Shown here: positions 21,222 to 34,961 of the stretch, piece after piece | Position numbering within the stretch: position 1 is the first letter of the stretch | Layout of the letters: each line of letters starts with the position of its first letter | NCBI GenBank assembly: GCA_002269645.1 | Contig: NIVC01001178.1 | Span: 124,001-188,000 of the forward strand | Source: Macrostomum lignano | Lineage: Eukaryota | DNA length: 64,000 nucleotides | Reading direction: 5' to 3' | Translations under genes and position numbers: made by a program | Notes under the pieces: model-generated | The model's input: the letters and a program-made list of their open reading frames with translations, nothing else | The model's database searches: none | Told to the model about the DNA's origin: nothing

Positions 21222-22254
21222 TTTATTAAATTAGTTTCGACTTAAGATTCTACAGTCATCGTGTATTAGTTTTTTTAAATATAAAATGAGTTAAAACACC
21301 TTTGGAAAAAGAAAATATAAACGAGTCTTTGTTTCTTTTCTTTGCTTAAAGTGAAATTACCATTTATGATTCTAGCTTGCGTGCAGAGTGAAACTCTTAC
21401 TCAGTTAGCATGACTAAGCAAATTTTACTCTGAACTGAACTGCGTAGTACCAGGTTTCACAGCCATAGGTCTTATACTCCTTAGACCACGTCACTGCACT
21501 GCAGAGAGATTATAGGGTTCTCGGACCATAGTGTTAGAGCACTCAGGCCAGCTACTTGTCGTGCTAGTTTAAGGACAGACAGAGGGAGAGTTAGTAGGCA
21601 GCAGCAGTAGTCATCAAAGAGTAAAAAACTTAGTAAAATATCCTTTTACACATTCGGCTAATAATGTTTTAACATAGTAGTAAAAATTATTAACTATCCA
21701 ACATTCACATCCTTGCTACCTGCTAATAATGTTTAATAACTCAAGACCTAGAATATAATCCTTGCAGCTCTTCAGGCTTTGGGAATTTTATACAAAAAGT
21801 CATGAAGAGCTCACCGCATATGCCGGTGCTAAGTTCTTGAAGGATAGTCTGAGCGGCAAATTTTTTGCCCTTTGTTTGCTTGAACATTTTGTTTTTATCT
21901 CTAACGCTCTTGCGCAAATCGAATCACTCGAGTTATAAAGTGAGTTTCGGTAGGCAATGACAATAGCTTTTTTGAAAGCCAATTCTTCTGAAAACATCAT
22001 GCGATTTTGAAATTACAAACAGCAAGGTTTACGAGCATTAAACGTTTTACAATTTTACTTTAGTGTATCCAGCTTTGATATTTCCTGGTTACAGTCTAAT
22101 GACTATTCTTGAGTACAAATCAGCAATAGAGAGATAAATGGACGCAGAGTTAAGCAATATTCTAGGAAGGTACATAAGAAACAGAGTTTATTTAAAATAA
22201 GGAAAACCGAATGCAGAGTGAGAAAACTCTCTGTGGTTGTCTGTGTGTGGGGGC

Positions 22255-22285
<31 letters not shown>

Positions 22286-23056
22286 AAAGAAACTTAATAA
22301 TTTATTGCTATAGCTATAACCTGGTTGTCCTCTCTTAAAACATCTGTTGTGAAGGTACTTTCCATCTGTTTTGGAAAAACGAAAGGGTGGACCGCGAATT
22401 CCATCCTGCTGATTTTCCTGGATTAAGTTTTGCTTGGAGCTTTGTTAAGACTCTGTCAAATATTCAGTTGTTACATTGCTTATTTTGATTCAACTATCGT
22501 GGTTTTAATTCACTAAGACTGGAAAATTTCCTTGTAGTATAGAAAAAAGCTATAGTTGTCGGCATTTGTCAGCAGCTAGTTTTAACTTTCTGAGTACAAT
22601 GCATTTGTTTAATTTAGCAAGATGTATTTTTATGCATTCGGTATTCTTGTCGTTTCGTATACGGATTTTTTCCTCAGCTCAAAATTGCTACATTTCAAGC
22701 ATTTTTGACAATTCTTTTCCACTTCTTTCGATTTTTTGTGCATGAAATGCTTCTTTCGCATCCATATCATCAGAACTCCATTCGTGTAGTTGCGAAACAT
22801 TTAGAAAGACGAGAAGCACCGCAAATCAGGTAAGATTTCATTTGTATTTTCACCATTGTCATGACTATATGACGCCCTTTATTTGTTTTTCATTTAAATG
22901 ATAGAAGTTGTGATCCAATTTGACACTTACAGGCCATAATCTAGGGGTGAGTTTTCGGAGCTGGCCATAATCTAGGGGTGAGATTTCGGAGCTAGCCATA
23001 ATGTTGTCTATTTTGTTGTCTATTTGATGTATTATTTGTTGTTACTTTTACTTCTT

Positions 23057-23204
23057 GGACCGATTTCACGAAGCTTAGCAGCTAGCAGTTAGCATTAGCT
23101 TAGTCAACAGTAGCTCTTGAGCGATGCATCACGTGACAGAATCGAGGCCATAGATTGGTTGAGCTACTGCTAACTGCTAGCTGCTAAGCTTCGTGAAATC
23201 GGCC
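23057..23204. mobile_element. PIF/Harbinger-like MITE
   Basis: ~40-bp TIRs CCGATTTCACGAAGCTTAGCAGCTAGCAGTTAGCA and its reverse complement, GG..CC termini. No clear TSD. Confidence 0.7.
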
Positions 23205-23649
23205 CCTGTTGTCCTTATGAACTTTGCCAATTCGCAACCATTCAAGCATTTGTCCTTTTCTACAACTATCCTTGTTGCTATAAAGGCACTGTTCCTAATA
23301 TTCACCCACCGCTGCTGGCAAATTACATGCGTAACCTTTTTCGTTTAAATTTTTTAATCAAAAATGCTTTTGCCTTCCATTGTTGTTTTCTTTTTTAATA
23401 ACTTTGTGTGCAACATGAAAGGGCACATACTGATGGACCTGTCCACTGATAGACAGGTAGCATACCCGCTGATCGACAGGTAGCCTACCTACTGATTGAC
23501 AGGTAGCACACATCAATTTTCTTGTACAATACACTGTATTAAACACAGTTATCAATTAATTCTGCTATACTCTTAAATAATATTTAATTATGATCATAGC
23601 CCATTAAGCTTCTTAGTAAATACGTTAAATTTTAGGTCATAAACAATAA

Positions 23650-24369
23650 TGGACAGTATACCCATCGTCCCACCTTTGAAGACGACAGCGTCTTCATTCA
23701 CTAGTTTCAGGCATCTATGGCAAGCGCAATGAGGCGTCTGAAGTTATCATGCAGTTTCTGCGCAAGACGATCCTACCCAGTCCATCGTTGTCATGCATAA
23801 TTAGTCGTTCGTCTTTGCAAGGATCGTCAGCAATTACCAAGGTAACTCAATAATAATTGATTTATTATTGAGTTAATTAATTAATTAATTAATTAATATT
23901 AATAATTAGTAATATTCTTCCCAGTCAATTGTTGCCATGTATAATTACTTTTCTGTCTCAGGAAGGATTGTCAGCAATTACCAAGGTAACTGTCAATGGT
24001 AATACTTTTACTGCTGCGGACAGTGAAAAAGGATTGATGGCATCGTGCTATGCGGTTGCAAATGTCGATGGACGGAAGGCAATTGTTAGGATTTTATCAT
24101 TCTCTAAACACAACGGCGATCCCTACTCCCACTGCCACGTGTTTTCGGAATCCGTCACCATCGTCACCCTGGCTCGATTTGACAGACTCAATCCAGTTCA
24201 AGCTGCTGGCCTGGTCGAACTGGAACGAATATGCCCATTTGTGACGCTGACCTCAGGCAAGAATATAACACTTCGCTGCTCTGAACTGTTGCGATACGTT
24301 ATTGTTGTCTGTCAGATCGTGCGCTGTATGTACGCAATACCTGTACTTTTTAATTATGAGCACGATTAA
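23650..24369 (+). pseudogene. CMC (EnSpm/Mirage-like) transposase C-terminal remnant
   Basis: FEDD...GIYGKRNEASEVIMQFL (cf. 'PFE..NG.L...IHG.R....QI'), intron with GTAACT donor at ~23842, C-terminus YAIPVLFNYEHD* typical of animal CACTA transposases. Confidence 0.5.
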
Positions 24370-24554
24370 GAATTTCCTTCATAATCTTTAACTTGATATT
24401 TCATGCAGATTAATTTGATACAGCAACAATTGAAATTAAAAGTGTAGAGTGTTCTACCTCCCGATAAAAGTAAAAAGTAAAAATCATAGATACTACTGTA
24501 AGTAAGCAAGTGAATGCATGCGCACTTAAGATAGAAAAAGATGTAGGTTGCTAT

Positions 24555-24800
24555 TTATAGCATATGAATCATGTGGCTATTTATAGCGGATGAATCATGT
24601 TGCAACATATGGCGACAAAGTGATTCATGTTACTATTTATAGCATCAGAATGATTCATGTTACTATTTATAGTAACAGCATGAGTCATGTTACTATATTT
24701 AACCACAATCAATCTTATTTCACCTTACAGCGTAACACGTGACTCATGGACAAAATGCCTATAAATATAAGTGGCCCAGAGCGGCACCGGAGTCATTCTC
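24555..24800 (+). promoter_or_regulatory. Enhancer-like repeats plus TATA and initiator (LTR-like or viral-like promoter)
   Basis: Five ~25-30-bp ATGA(A/T/G)TCATGT...ATTTATAG units (including AP-1-like TGAGTCA and TGACTCA), TATAAATATAA at ~24759, AGTCATTC about 30 nt downstream. Confidence 0.4.
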
Positions 24801-27800
24801 CCCACGGAAGAGGAGCGCTCCGAAGAGTGTCGATAGAACGACATACTAGTTAACCAGTCAACTAATACTTGGTCTGATAGTTGCGGTAAGCCTTTCTTAA
24901 TTGCGCCTATTGTTGTTAGAGCCGGCTCGCTCTTGTCTGTTGAGACTTGAGTTTAATTAAGTCTAGTGAGACTTTTGAGTCTGTTGAGACTCCTGTGGTC
25001 GTAGTCTCCCGAAGGACTATCCTAGTAGATCGTAGAGGACCTACTAGCGATATCCGGAGCATCCCTAGTAGAGTGCAGAGAAGCACCACTAGAAGAAGAA
25101 GGCTTAAGAGTAACCGCTATATTTGGCGCAGGGATCCCATTGTCGACAAGAAGAATCTGATTGGCCCTGACTACATTACCGACCGGAAGTTACTTCATCG
25201 GAAGTAAAGAAGAAGCAAAGGGCCCGAAACAGGAGACACACAGAACCTGGTCTACGCGATCGCCGAAGGATCTACAGACGAGATCAATGAGAATCTACCG
25301 CGCGAATTAAGAAGAGATATCTCTGAGGAAAGTCGAGGTAAGTAATACCTTGTTGATAACTGGGTTGCCTAGCTAAATAGCTAGAAGTGGTGGTTCCTTG
25401 ATTATCAAAAGACTGGTAATAAGGAACACATCAAGAGTGATGCCATGACCAACTCATCATCAAGTATCCCCTTTAAATATCATGATGCAGAGTATCTGCA
25501 GGTTGTCTGAGTATCAGGTTATTTGACTGTAATTTTTGTTAAATTGCAAACAGATTTTTAGAGAGTACGCCGATAATGAGCAGATGTATATGTAAAATTA
25601 ATCGACGCAGGTAGCAGAACAAGTAGCAGAAAAATACACGAAGTTAACTTTTTAAGTAAGTACTAAGTAACATTTAATACTTTGTAAGAATTTGAAACGA
25701 CAAGATAAACTTGCTAAGTGTGTGCCAAGTACTTGGCAGACGTATTCACTGTTACTTGGAATGGTACTTTATAAGTTTCGATGTTTTTTACTACGGCGGC
25801 GTTGTTCAACCCATTCAACCTCTTGCAGCTAAAGAATTAATACTATGGCCAATGCTTCACTCCATGTATACCCAGAAAAGAGAACTTATGGCCAGAAAAC
25901 AAAGAAACAAAGATCCAGACAAGAATGAGCCGCCACGGATTAGAGCAGTACACGTAGCTAGCAATAGTGAAAAGACCAAGCAGAAGCCGGAAGTGAAGGA
26001 AGAAAGCGAGCCGGGAGACTAGTAATTGACGTAGACATTGAGGAGATGGATAGAGAGACACGACGGCGAGAAGAAGTGTTCAGAGAGATGTCAAGATTCA
26101 TAGAGGAGATTCAACTGTTGCAATGCTATTCGTCCATAATTTCTAGAAACTTCCGCCACCTTCGCGCACCTCATATTAGTAAAAATTTCAAAATTAAGCC
26201 AAAGAAATTTCTACATTTTTCTGCGAACTTCTATAACAAACAAATTTTACGCTTAAACTTTACATACTTCATAGCTTAATTATTAGCCATATTATTATTT
26301 AATGCATTTACTCTTATTAGATACAGTATATATTATAATATCGTATCTTTGTTATAATCCTAAAGAAATTTCCAGAACACCGTAAATTTTCTATAAATAT
26401 ACAGCAGGCAAACCCAGCTAATAATCAAGTTCTCTGTAATCTCGATTATCGATAATAAACAAACAAAACACCGCTTTCAAGCCTCACTTATTTTGCGGAC
26501 TCGCTACACAACAATACAAGGAAGGAGACCGGCGGAGGAACCATCTGAACAGCAAGATAACCCTGGTGAGCAAGAGAAAAAAATTTTGTCGATGCTACCG
26601 TGCCCTGAAGAAATACCAGGTACATTATGAAGACGGACAGGACAGGACTATTCGAATCCAAGCTATTAGAGGCATGCGCCAATTTTCTATCAACGTCATC
26701 TAAGGAGGAGGCAATCAAGTGCTTTGAAATGGCATGCACTTACTGCCTCCAGTGCGCTGAAAGTAATGCACGAGGGGCTATCTGCATGAGCAACACGATA
26801 GAGCAGTTGGAGTTTCTGGCGGAGAAATTTGATCTGGAGCACCGAATGGTGCCCATAAACGGCCTGCTTTATATGTTGGCACAAAAAACTGTCAATCTAC
26901 GGCCGGTACACAATATTTAACAATAACATAATAACGGAACTGCATTTTACTTTTATACAATATATGTATTTGACAATTATTTTCTTTTACCATCTTTTGG
27001 AACAGAACATTATTTACATCGCTGCCTTGCTCAATGCTCAATAATGCACAACATTTTATGACACAAATACCTATTCACATTTGCGTGCATTTCAAAAAAA
27101 TGTCACATTTATTCTTTTCTGTCAATTAATAGTGTTCAAGCATCTTTTGGAACAAAACTGCTGCCAATAATACAAAAAATTATGACAGCGTATATTCATT
27201 TTTTGTAGTGTTCATTATGTGCCACATTACATCAAATATTTCTAGCAATTATTACGCAACTTGCCTATGTTTCAATCAATTGTCATATGTTCAGAAATTT
27301 TCATATACATGCTATACATCCAGCTTGACGTTGATAATTATTCTTTTAACAAATAAATATGGATTAACAATGTACAAAAGGGGTTTTGCTCATTTCTGTA
27401 GCAAGGGGAAGTGTAATAGGGCATATATTTAATGGGTGAATTTAAATATGCTCACTGCCCAGCCCAATCTAGCCCACTGAAGAGCTAACATCCCTCAACT
27501 GAGATATTCCTGAACAGACAGTCCCCTTAAGTAGTAAGAATAAGGGTCCTGATAATTGGGAAAATGAACAATATTTGTCCTGGGCCCTAGCCTACAATGA
27601 CTAGGCTTTATAGCCTAGGCTTTAGGCTTTATGGATTTATTGATTTAATTGAGTTATCCGAGTAACGAAGAAGCCGCCCTTCAGGAGGACCTATCACAGA
27701 AACTTAGAGAATTCAATTGTTCATTAGGGCGCATATTCTATTGCTAATTCTGAGCTTGAAGACCATTAAGAAGTTCTGATTTACTCTCATTTTGGTCGAC

Positions 27801-29306
27801 CCACAGATAAAAGTCAAGGACTCAAGAAGACTACTCCAAATCGGCCATCACTACTGCTAAGCCAAGTTAGACAGTCACACACACATACCGCAAGAACCAG
27901 AAGTCTACCAACCACAAGAGGATCTGCTACAGTAAGTAATTTGAACTGGTAAATGCCTACACACTTGTTCCCCAGTGTTTAGAAATAGGAGTTTTTGAGT
28001 GACTGATCACCATTCTCAAACTTTTCATTAACTTGGTCTACTAAATTTCAAAAAAACAATTGCTTCAAATTCAGAACTATCAAACTGTTATAGCTAAATT
28101 TAAGCTAAGCCATACCCAGGGCCTAGGGGCTAGGTCGAGACTCGAGTCAGTTGAGTCAAGTGTAGCATCTGCGTGAGCCACTTTTAAATCGGTGCCGGCG
28201 TTGCCGCCGAGAAACACCAAAAAATATCATGATTGTCATTACAGTTTCAAACAATCACGACTCACAAGACTCTATTAAGTCTTTTGATATTGAGTCTGAC
28301 TCTATTTACTATAAATAGTATAATACTATACTATATAAATACTATAAATAGTACTTTTTCTTTAATTGTTTTTTTTGTCCAGGGACAGGGATTCTTGGTA
28401 GACCTCCCCGGGGTGTTTCCCCAGTGGTATACCCTGGGAAGGCCAGGGAGCACTCCCCGGGGTCGGGGATGACATCCTTAGTCCTAGGTTGCCAAGGATT
28501 TATTCAAGGATTTTAGGCATTTGACAACTAAATAATAATTTAGGCCTATTATGTTAAGTTTTAAACTTTTAGAATTTATCTATTCTAGGTATTGTTTTAT
28601 TTTAAGTGGGATATTTAATTTAGAATTGGATATAAATAGATTATTAGGCTTAGAACTAGAAGGCCAGAATTGGCAAAGGCATTAAAGTTAAATCTAAATT
28701 GGCATAAGGCTTAGGCCTATTAAAAAATCTATTTGACTAGGTCTATTGTCATTTACTAGCTATATAAAATGACTAAAATAGTACTAGCAATTTTTTAACA
28801 TTTATTCTATCTCTATAGTATTTAGTTAGGTTTTTTAGTTATATTTAAAATATTTTTTGACAGTCTCTTGATTTTTTTTTCAAGTTCAAAACTTACTAAA
28901 CATGGATATACATACATGCGCAATCCCCCTGATTTGCACTGGCCATGCTACTTACTTTTTGATCAAAAATGCGACTTACCTGTGAAAATAACCCTAAAGC
29001 AAAATTAACGCAACTTTTGTTAAATGGCAAGAGTAACTATGACTGTCTTATTAGGCCTAAATGCCTTAGCATCAAATTAGTACTTCGTTTGTTTTCTTTG
29101 GGGTGGCATTTTTGCAACTTACCCTTGGTCTACCACAATTTATGGTGGCCAGATTGGCTAGGTTGGCCAGTAGTTGCACATGTATATGGATATAGGATGT
29201 CTAGTTTATTGAAATTAATGAAATTATTAGGCCCTATAATTTAAACAAAAATTTTATCAACATTCAACTTTGATTGTCAACTTTTCAGTACAATTTTCTT
29301 CATTGG

Positions 29307-29990
29307 CTAGGGGGAGGCAAGTCTGTCACAACGCAAGTAGCTACCATCATGTATAGCATCATGATGGACTCTCTAGGAAAGTAGTATAGCCTTTGAGGCG
29401 CAAAATGCAATGGCATTGACAAACTATATTTTGAAGCCATTGGTCTTCTCCTGCTTATCAGACGTAAGAATCGTTGGATAAATATATTTTTTTTTACTTG
29501 TCAGCTGCCACCACTGTGTAAGAATATTTTAAATATATTTTAAATAGTAGCTTCTTTTCCTTGGCAAAAAGGAGTCTTAAATATAAACTTAATAATATAA
29601 TTAATTAGTTTAGTAAACCATTATTGAACCATAGAATTTTGCTAATAAATAGTTTGTAAATTCTCTAGAAACTGAAAACTCAAAGAAAAACTTAATACCT
29701 TTTCTGCTTATCATACAACTACAAACAATTTCACCTTTGACAGAAATTGTTTGGTCAGTTCATAAAAATAGAAGCCAATAGAGATTGAAGAGGCTATAGG
29801 CGATCACCTGCACTTTGCAATGGTTAGAGAGCGCTGGAAAGCTCAACACACCATTGCTAGTCCAACAGTTGCAGCTGCTGCTGCTGCTACTATTGATGAT
29901 AACGCCTATAATCAAACTGATGGGGATGGCTTCAGTGTTAATGACACCTGTGGTCAAGCTGACTAGGATGGCTTTAGTGCTGACAAGGAA
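29307..29990 (+). pseudogene. DUF4806/BEN-like transposon accessory gene remnant
   Basis: Exon 29307-29463 LGGGKSVTTQVATIMYSIMMDSLGK*YSL*GAK...KLYFEAIGLLLLIR, GTAAG...CAG intron, exon from 29744 IVWSVHKN.../PIEIEEAIGDHLHFAMVRE. Matches the 'GG...IM..L..D.L...YSW.G.K...K..F' and 'EIE..I..WLKHA..R' patterns. Confidence 0.5.
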
Positions 29991-31172
29991 GACAATCAAG
30001 ACTTCAGTGTTATCTATATCATTTAGCTGAAACTTACACCTTTTTGCTACTACAAAAAAACACTTTCTATCAATAACTTAAAGTACTACTATTACTAAGT
30101 ACTACTAAATACAAGAAGTAAAGGTTAGACACGAGACAAGTCACCAGAGAAGTACAGATTAGACACAAGACAAATAGAGATTAGACACCAGAGAGGTAGA
30201 GATTAGCCAGGAGACAGGACATTTTGAAGATTCGGTGCCATTTTAGAGATTAGGTGTTATTTAGAAAAAATTTGACCATTTTTATTAATATTGCCATTCA
30301 AATTCAATTCTTTTAAAAAGCGCTACTTTTTTGTAAATATAGTGCCATTTTTTCAAATTTGTGTCTCTTCCAATACATATTTTCAATTTTTATTAAATTG
30401 CATGTCATAATTTAAATAATTAAATAAGTGCTTTTGCCATTTATTTAAAATTGATTGCCATAATTTCTTTAAAAGTTGCTGCCATTTTCTAAGTTTATTT
30501 AGACTTTGTTGTCACTTTTAAATATAGTGCCATTTTTTAAAGTCAGTTGCCATTTCTACAAAAATAAATGTGTGCCCATCTGCTTGATTGGTTAATGCAT
30601 TGTTTTTGATAAAATAATAATTAATATATTTTTTCCATATCTTATTGTGCTACTATTAGTAAAAAGTAAAGAAAATTAAAAATGTTGTCATGGCAACATT
30701 GCATGCTGTTGCTGCAACATTCAAGCATGAACAGCTACAACGACAAATGAACAATTGATATAATATTGCTATGTAACAATGTAACAAAGTTTGGCAACAA
30801 CATTGTGGCAACATTATGGAAATGTGTTTGGCAGCTAGGCCTAGGACACTAGTACATAATCCTGACATTGCTTTGGTGCATGGCACATTAGAAAAAAATG
30901 GGGGAAATTTATTCTAAGTACACATGGCGCACCTTCTTGACTAGGCCTATGGAGCTAAGCCACTTTCCTGACTATTATGGGGCATGGGTATAATATCTGC
31001 TTAACAATTAGTATGATAGGCCTAATTCAATAATATTTTGCCCGAAAGCGAAATATTTATTATATTTAATAAAACATGTAAATTGTAAAATTTGAGGCCT
31101 ATGTATAATAACTATAAATATAATAAAAAGAAGTGTTAATACTAATATTGTATTAATAGGCCTATGCATTAT

Positions 31173-31817
31173 GGCAGTGCTTATCCCCACGGTACCGTAG
31201 GAATAATTTCTGTCTTATTCCAATGGTACCATGCGTATAATTTTCTGCTTATCCACATGGCACACTGATGAGATAGCTGCCCTATCTTCTACATATGCCA
31301 TGCGAATAATTTTCTGCTTATCCGCACGGCACACTGACGAGATAGCTGCCCTATCTTCTGCATGAATAAAAAGAATAAAGCGAATAAAGCGAATTGTTAA
31401 AGCAATGCAATAATCGATACAAACAAAATTGTGAATTCACATGAGTAGTAAAATTCTACGGAAGCGGCAATGGACTATATAAATCACGGCGAGATCAGAT
31501 TAGACTTTGCTAAAAATTTAAATAATAAACAATTCTTAGAATTAATTTAATTTAAATCATTTGTTACTACACAAAAAAAATTCTTTCTCATAGAAAAGTC
31601 GTTAAATCTAGTTATTTCTTTAGAACAAATGTTCAAGCCAAGATATGTTGTTAGACTGCACTCAAATCGTATGTACTAAACTTCCCACACAGCATATATA
31701 GAAGATAGGGCAGCTATCTCGTCAGTGTGCCATGCGGATAAGCAGAAAATTATTCGCATGATACCGTTGGAATAAAACAGAAATTATTCCTACGGTACCG
31801 TGGGGATAAGCACTGCC
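31173..31817. mobile_element. Non-autonomous Mutator-like element
   Basis: ~140-bp TIRs starting GGCAGTGCTTATCCCCACGGTACCGTAGGAATAATTTC; perfect 9-bp TSD ATGCATTAT at 31164-31172 and 31818-31826. Confidence 0.92.
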
Positions 31818-32569
31818 ATGCATTATAGTCCTTGAAAGATTAGTATCTGTTGCTTCATTCTATTAAGATGAATAGATATAAATTTCATTATTTATTTTTT
31901 TGCTTTTTTTAACTAGAAATAAAATTATAAGCATCAGTACTAAACTGAAAGTCGCGTATATAGGTATTTTAGGGACTTGCAGGAGACTTAAATTACAGTG
32001 ACTTACTTAGGCCTATTCAAGTTTTTCTTTAAAATATCGTACAAATACCTAATAAATAAGTTCCCTAGCTGGTTAAGTGCAGATTAGAATTAACAAATGA
32101 AGAAATGAAGAAATGAAGAAAAGTTACCTTCATTTCAGTTACGTGCATTCCTCTCCAGCTCTCAAGCCTTAAAACAAGCCACGGCCAGTCCTGGCAGCCC
32201 CGCAGCACCAGCAGCCGTGTAAGACTTGATACTTAAATTAACGGGTGGAATTGGGCAAGGCCAGAAGGAAGAGCGGAGAGAGAGGGGAAGGCTTTATTGT
32301 TGCTATAACTACCCCCGCCCTCTCTGCCTTAGCCAGGGTTCGGAATGAATGTGGAAGCCCTCCCCCCCCCCCAGTGTACACTCAGCCAAGTACACTCCCG
32401 CTCTCCACTCTTTCTGAGAGAAGGCATTGAAAAAAATCGATAGTCACACGCCCGACGTTCCTTGTCCAAGCCCAGACCAAGCGTTATCGTAACATCCCCT
32501 TCCCCCAACGGTCTCGGCTGAGCCAAGGCGAACTAAATCTAAACGTCTGCCGGATTGTATATAAGCATG

Positions 32570-32785
32570 CAGCATTTGTTCATCAAAATCCTCTCCGTGA
32601 GACAGAAATCCATCAATCCAAATCCTCTCCGTGAAACAAGACTCCATCAAAAGTAAAAACCAAAATCCTCTCCGTGAAACAGGACTCCATCAATATTCTC
32701 TCCATGAAACAGAAATCTATCGAAATCTTCTCCGTAAAACAGAGGAATCCATCGAAATCCTCTCCGTTAAACAGAACTAAGTCAT
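32570..32785. repeat. Degenerate ~33-bp tandem repeat
   Basis: AAATCCTCTCCGTGAAACAG recurs about six times. Confidence 0.7.
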
Positions 32786-32984
32786 ATTCAAACAAAAGCT
32801 TTTTAATAGTTAGAATAGAGGTAATAAAAAATTGGAGTACATTATGTTAAATAAAGATTTGAGGCAAGCATTGATCTCTTTTGCTGGTTTGCCGCGCAGA
32901 ATATCCGGCACCGTCTGTTTAAAGCATGTGTGTGCCGTCCCGTGTGGAAACTGGCCTATGGCATGCATCTGCCTCTCTCTATAT

Positions 32985-34450
32985 CCCTTGGGGTCCTTAA
33001 AACTTATCTACTCTCTCCTTTCTCCTCCCTCTTCCCGTCTGTCTTCTCTCTCCTCTCCTCTCCTCTATTTTCTATCATTTCTTTTCTCATCTCATCTACA
33101 ATCTCGTCTTTTCTCTCTTTCCTCTCTTCTCTCAGGGGGCCAGATGAGAGAGGAAATGAAAGAGACTAGAGGATGAAGAGAAAAGAGGAGATAAGAGATA
33201 AGATGAGAGAGAAGCGAGGAGAGGGGAGACTAGAGAGAGAGAGATTAGAGAGGAGAGAAACAGAACAGATTTTCTTGAGCTTCTCAAAGTTTTTTTCATC
33301 GGTACAAAACTAGGTTTGTCAAGTAGTATGAAGACCCACGTCTAAAAAGAAGCCCGTTCACTGGTGGCAAAAAGACGTGTGCGTCTTCATACTACTTGTT
33401 CTGCTGCATCATCGCAGTCATCGAGGTGAAGAGGGCGTTGACGTCGACGGAGCAGGGACTGGGGGCAACAGGCGCCTGGCCGCACCACGCCGACCTCTGC
33501 GTGCCCCTTGGTGTGCTGCGCTTTGCTGCCGCAGCAGAGGCGCGGCCGTCCGAGCCAACCGAGGTCATTCGCTGTTTGGTGATCTGGCCCGCGATGCCAG
33601 GAGGTGCCAGCACTATTTGCACGGGTGACGCCGTCCGGTCTATCAATGCAGCCGGCCCCGACGTTAAGAGACGCGCAGAGTCTGGACGGCCGTTCGGACT
33701 CTGACGGGGCGCAAAAAAGTGCGTGGCGATGAACCTGGCCGACGACACCCCGGAGGAGCGCAGGAATGAATTGCGCGACTTTTTTTTACCGCCATCTTGA
33801 ACGCGCCCGCGTCGCCACTGCCTACAAGTTTTGCGATCACTGGACACACCGCTCCAGCTGAGGAGGAATTCTGCACCAGCCCTCCAAATGGCACCAAATT
33901 TTGTACTCGAGATCCTAATCCTAAATCCTAAATTCCTTAAGAGAAAAAAGGAAGAGATGAGAGATGAGTGATGACAGAAAAAGAGAATAGCGATGACAGC
34001 AGAGAGAGGGGAGAGAAGAGGGGAGTGAGACGGGAATGAAGTGGGAAGGCAGGAGAGAAAAGGAGAGAGAAAGAAAGGAGAGAAGAGAAAGTAAAGAGAG
34101 GAGATGAGATGAGAGATGAAAGAAGAGAGATGAGAGAGAAGAGAGTAGAGAAGGGAGAAATGAGTAGAGAGGACCAATCTAAGGCGCTGATTCGGTGAAG
34201 AAAGGACTTATAAGTCAATGTAGTTAATGTTAATGTTGGCGATATTTTAAATTTGGTAAATTCTTCGTCAGGTCTTCTCTCCTCAGGAGATAGAAAATAA
34301 AGTAGAGAATATATAAGAGAAATATAAAGTAGAAATAAAGTAGAAATATATAAAGTAGAAAAGTAGAAAATACTATATAATTTTCTATATAAAGTAGAAA
34401 ATATAGTAGAGAGAAGAGAGGAGAGATTGAGAGAGGAGAGAGAAAAGAGA
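32985..34450. repeat. CT/GA-rich low-complexity tracts flanking a GC-rich island
   Basis: (CT)- and (GA)-rich blocks at ~32985-33260, 33920-34170 and 34400-34450, plus TAGAAA repeats at 34290-34410. Confidence 0.8.
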
Positions 34451-34961
34451 GAGAATTCCAGCCATGATGAACTGGAATCTTCTATAATAGTCATCGATCT
34501 AAAAAATTTTCTAAAAGTCTCCAGAGCGTTGAAGGGTTATACTGCACCATTAAGCTGGTTTTTTCGGCGCAAGATCTTTAGCATCAGCTCAAGTGCTTGG
34601 AAAGTCAGGCCGGTTTTGTGGGACATATTATAATACTCGTACTCTCAATTAGATTGTACACTAAACTGGCATAGGTACCCTAAGCCTCTTCCTCTTCTCC
34701 AACGGGGTTGCAAAGAAAGCTATAAATAAAGTCATTTCAAAACACTATACATTGCTACTTCATAAGCTGTATCTCACCTTTTGGTCTGGGGAAGGGATTG
34801 TACACGTACTCGTTGTGACTTGGAGCTTGCCACCCGCTAAACTTTGTCAATTTAAATGTGCAGTTAAAGAGCTAAATTTAATACTAAGTTCTAATCACAT
34901 GACGCCTGTTTATCGGTTTAATTTTCCTTGGTCTGTGTGCGAAGCAAATGAAGCTCTATTG

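Noticed and set aside
21800-22860. Minus-strand coding-like pieces (ORF 21800-22000; a coiled-coil-like stretch near 22.6-22.8 kb)
   Set aside because: Interrupted by stops, with no recognisable motif and no consistent exon chain.
31255-31300. Hammerhead-like CTGATGA followed by a GATAG/CTATC stem (also CTGATGA at ~11640 and ~16030)
   Set aside because: No GAAA after stem II and no stem I or III; the first site is part of a MULE TIR.
33396-33704. IIAVIEVKR as a PD-(D/E)xK nuclease motif
   Set aside because: A single short motif, and its upstream sequence is one arm of a hairpin, so it is unsupported.
33392-34494. Leu/Ser/Phe-rich membrane-like ORFs (also 47979-48470, 57209-57469, 63151-63618)
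   Set aside because: They derive from CT/GA low-complexity or tandem repeats.
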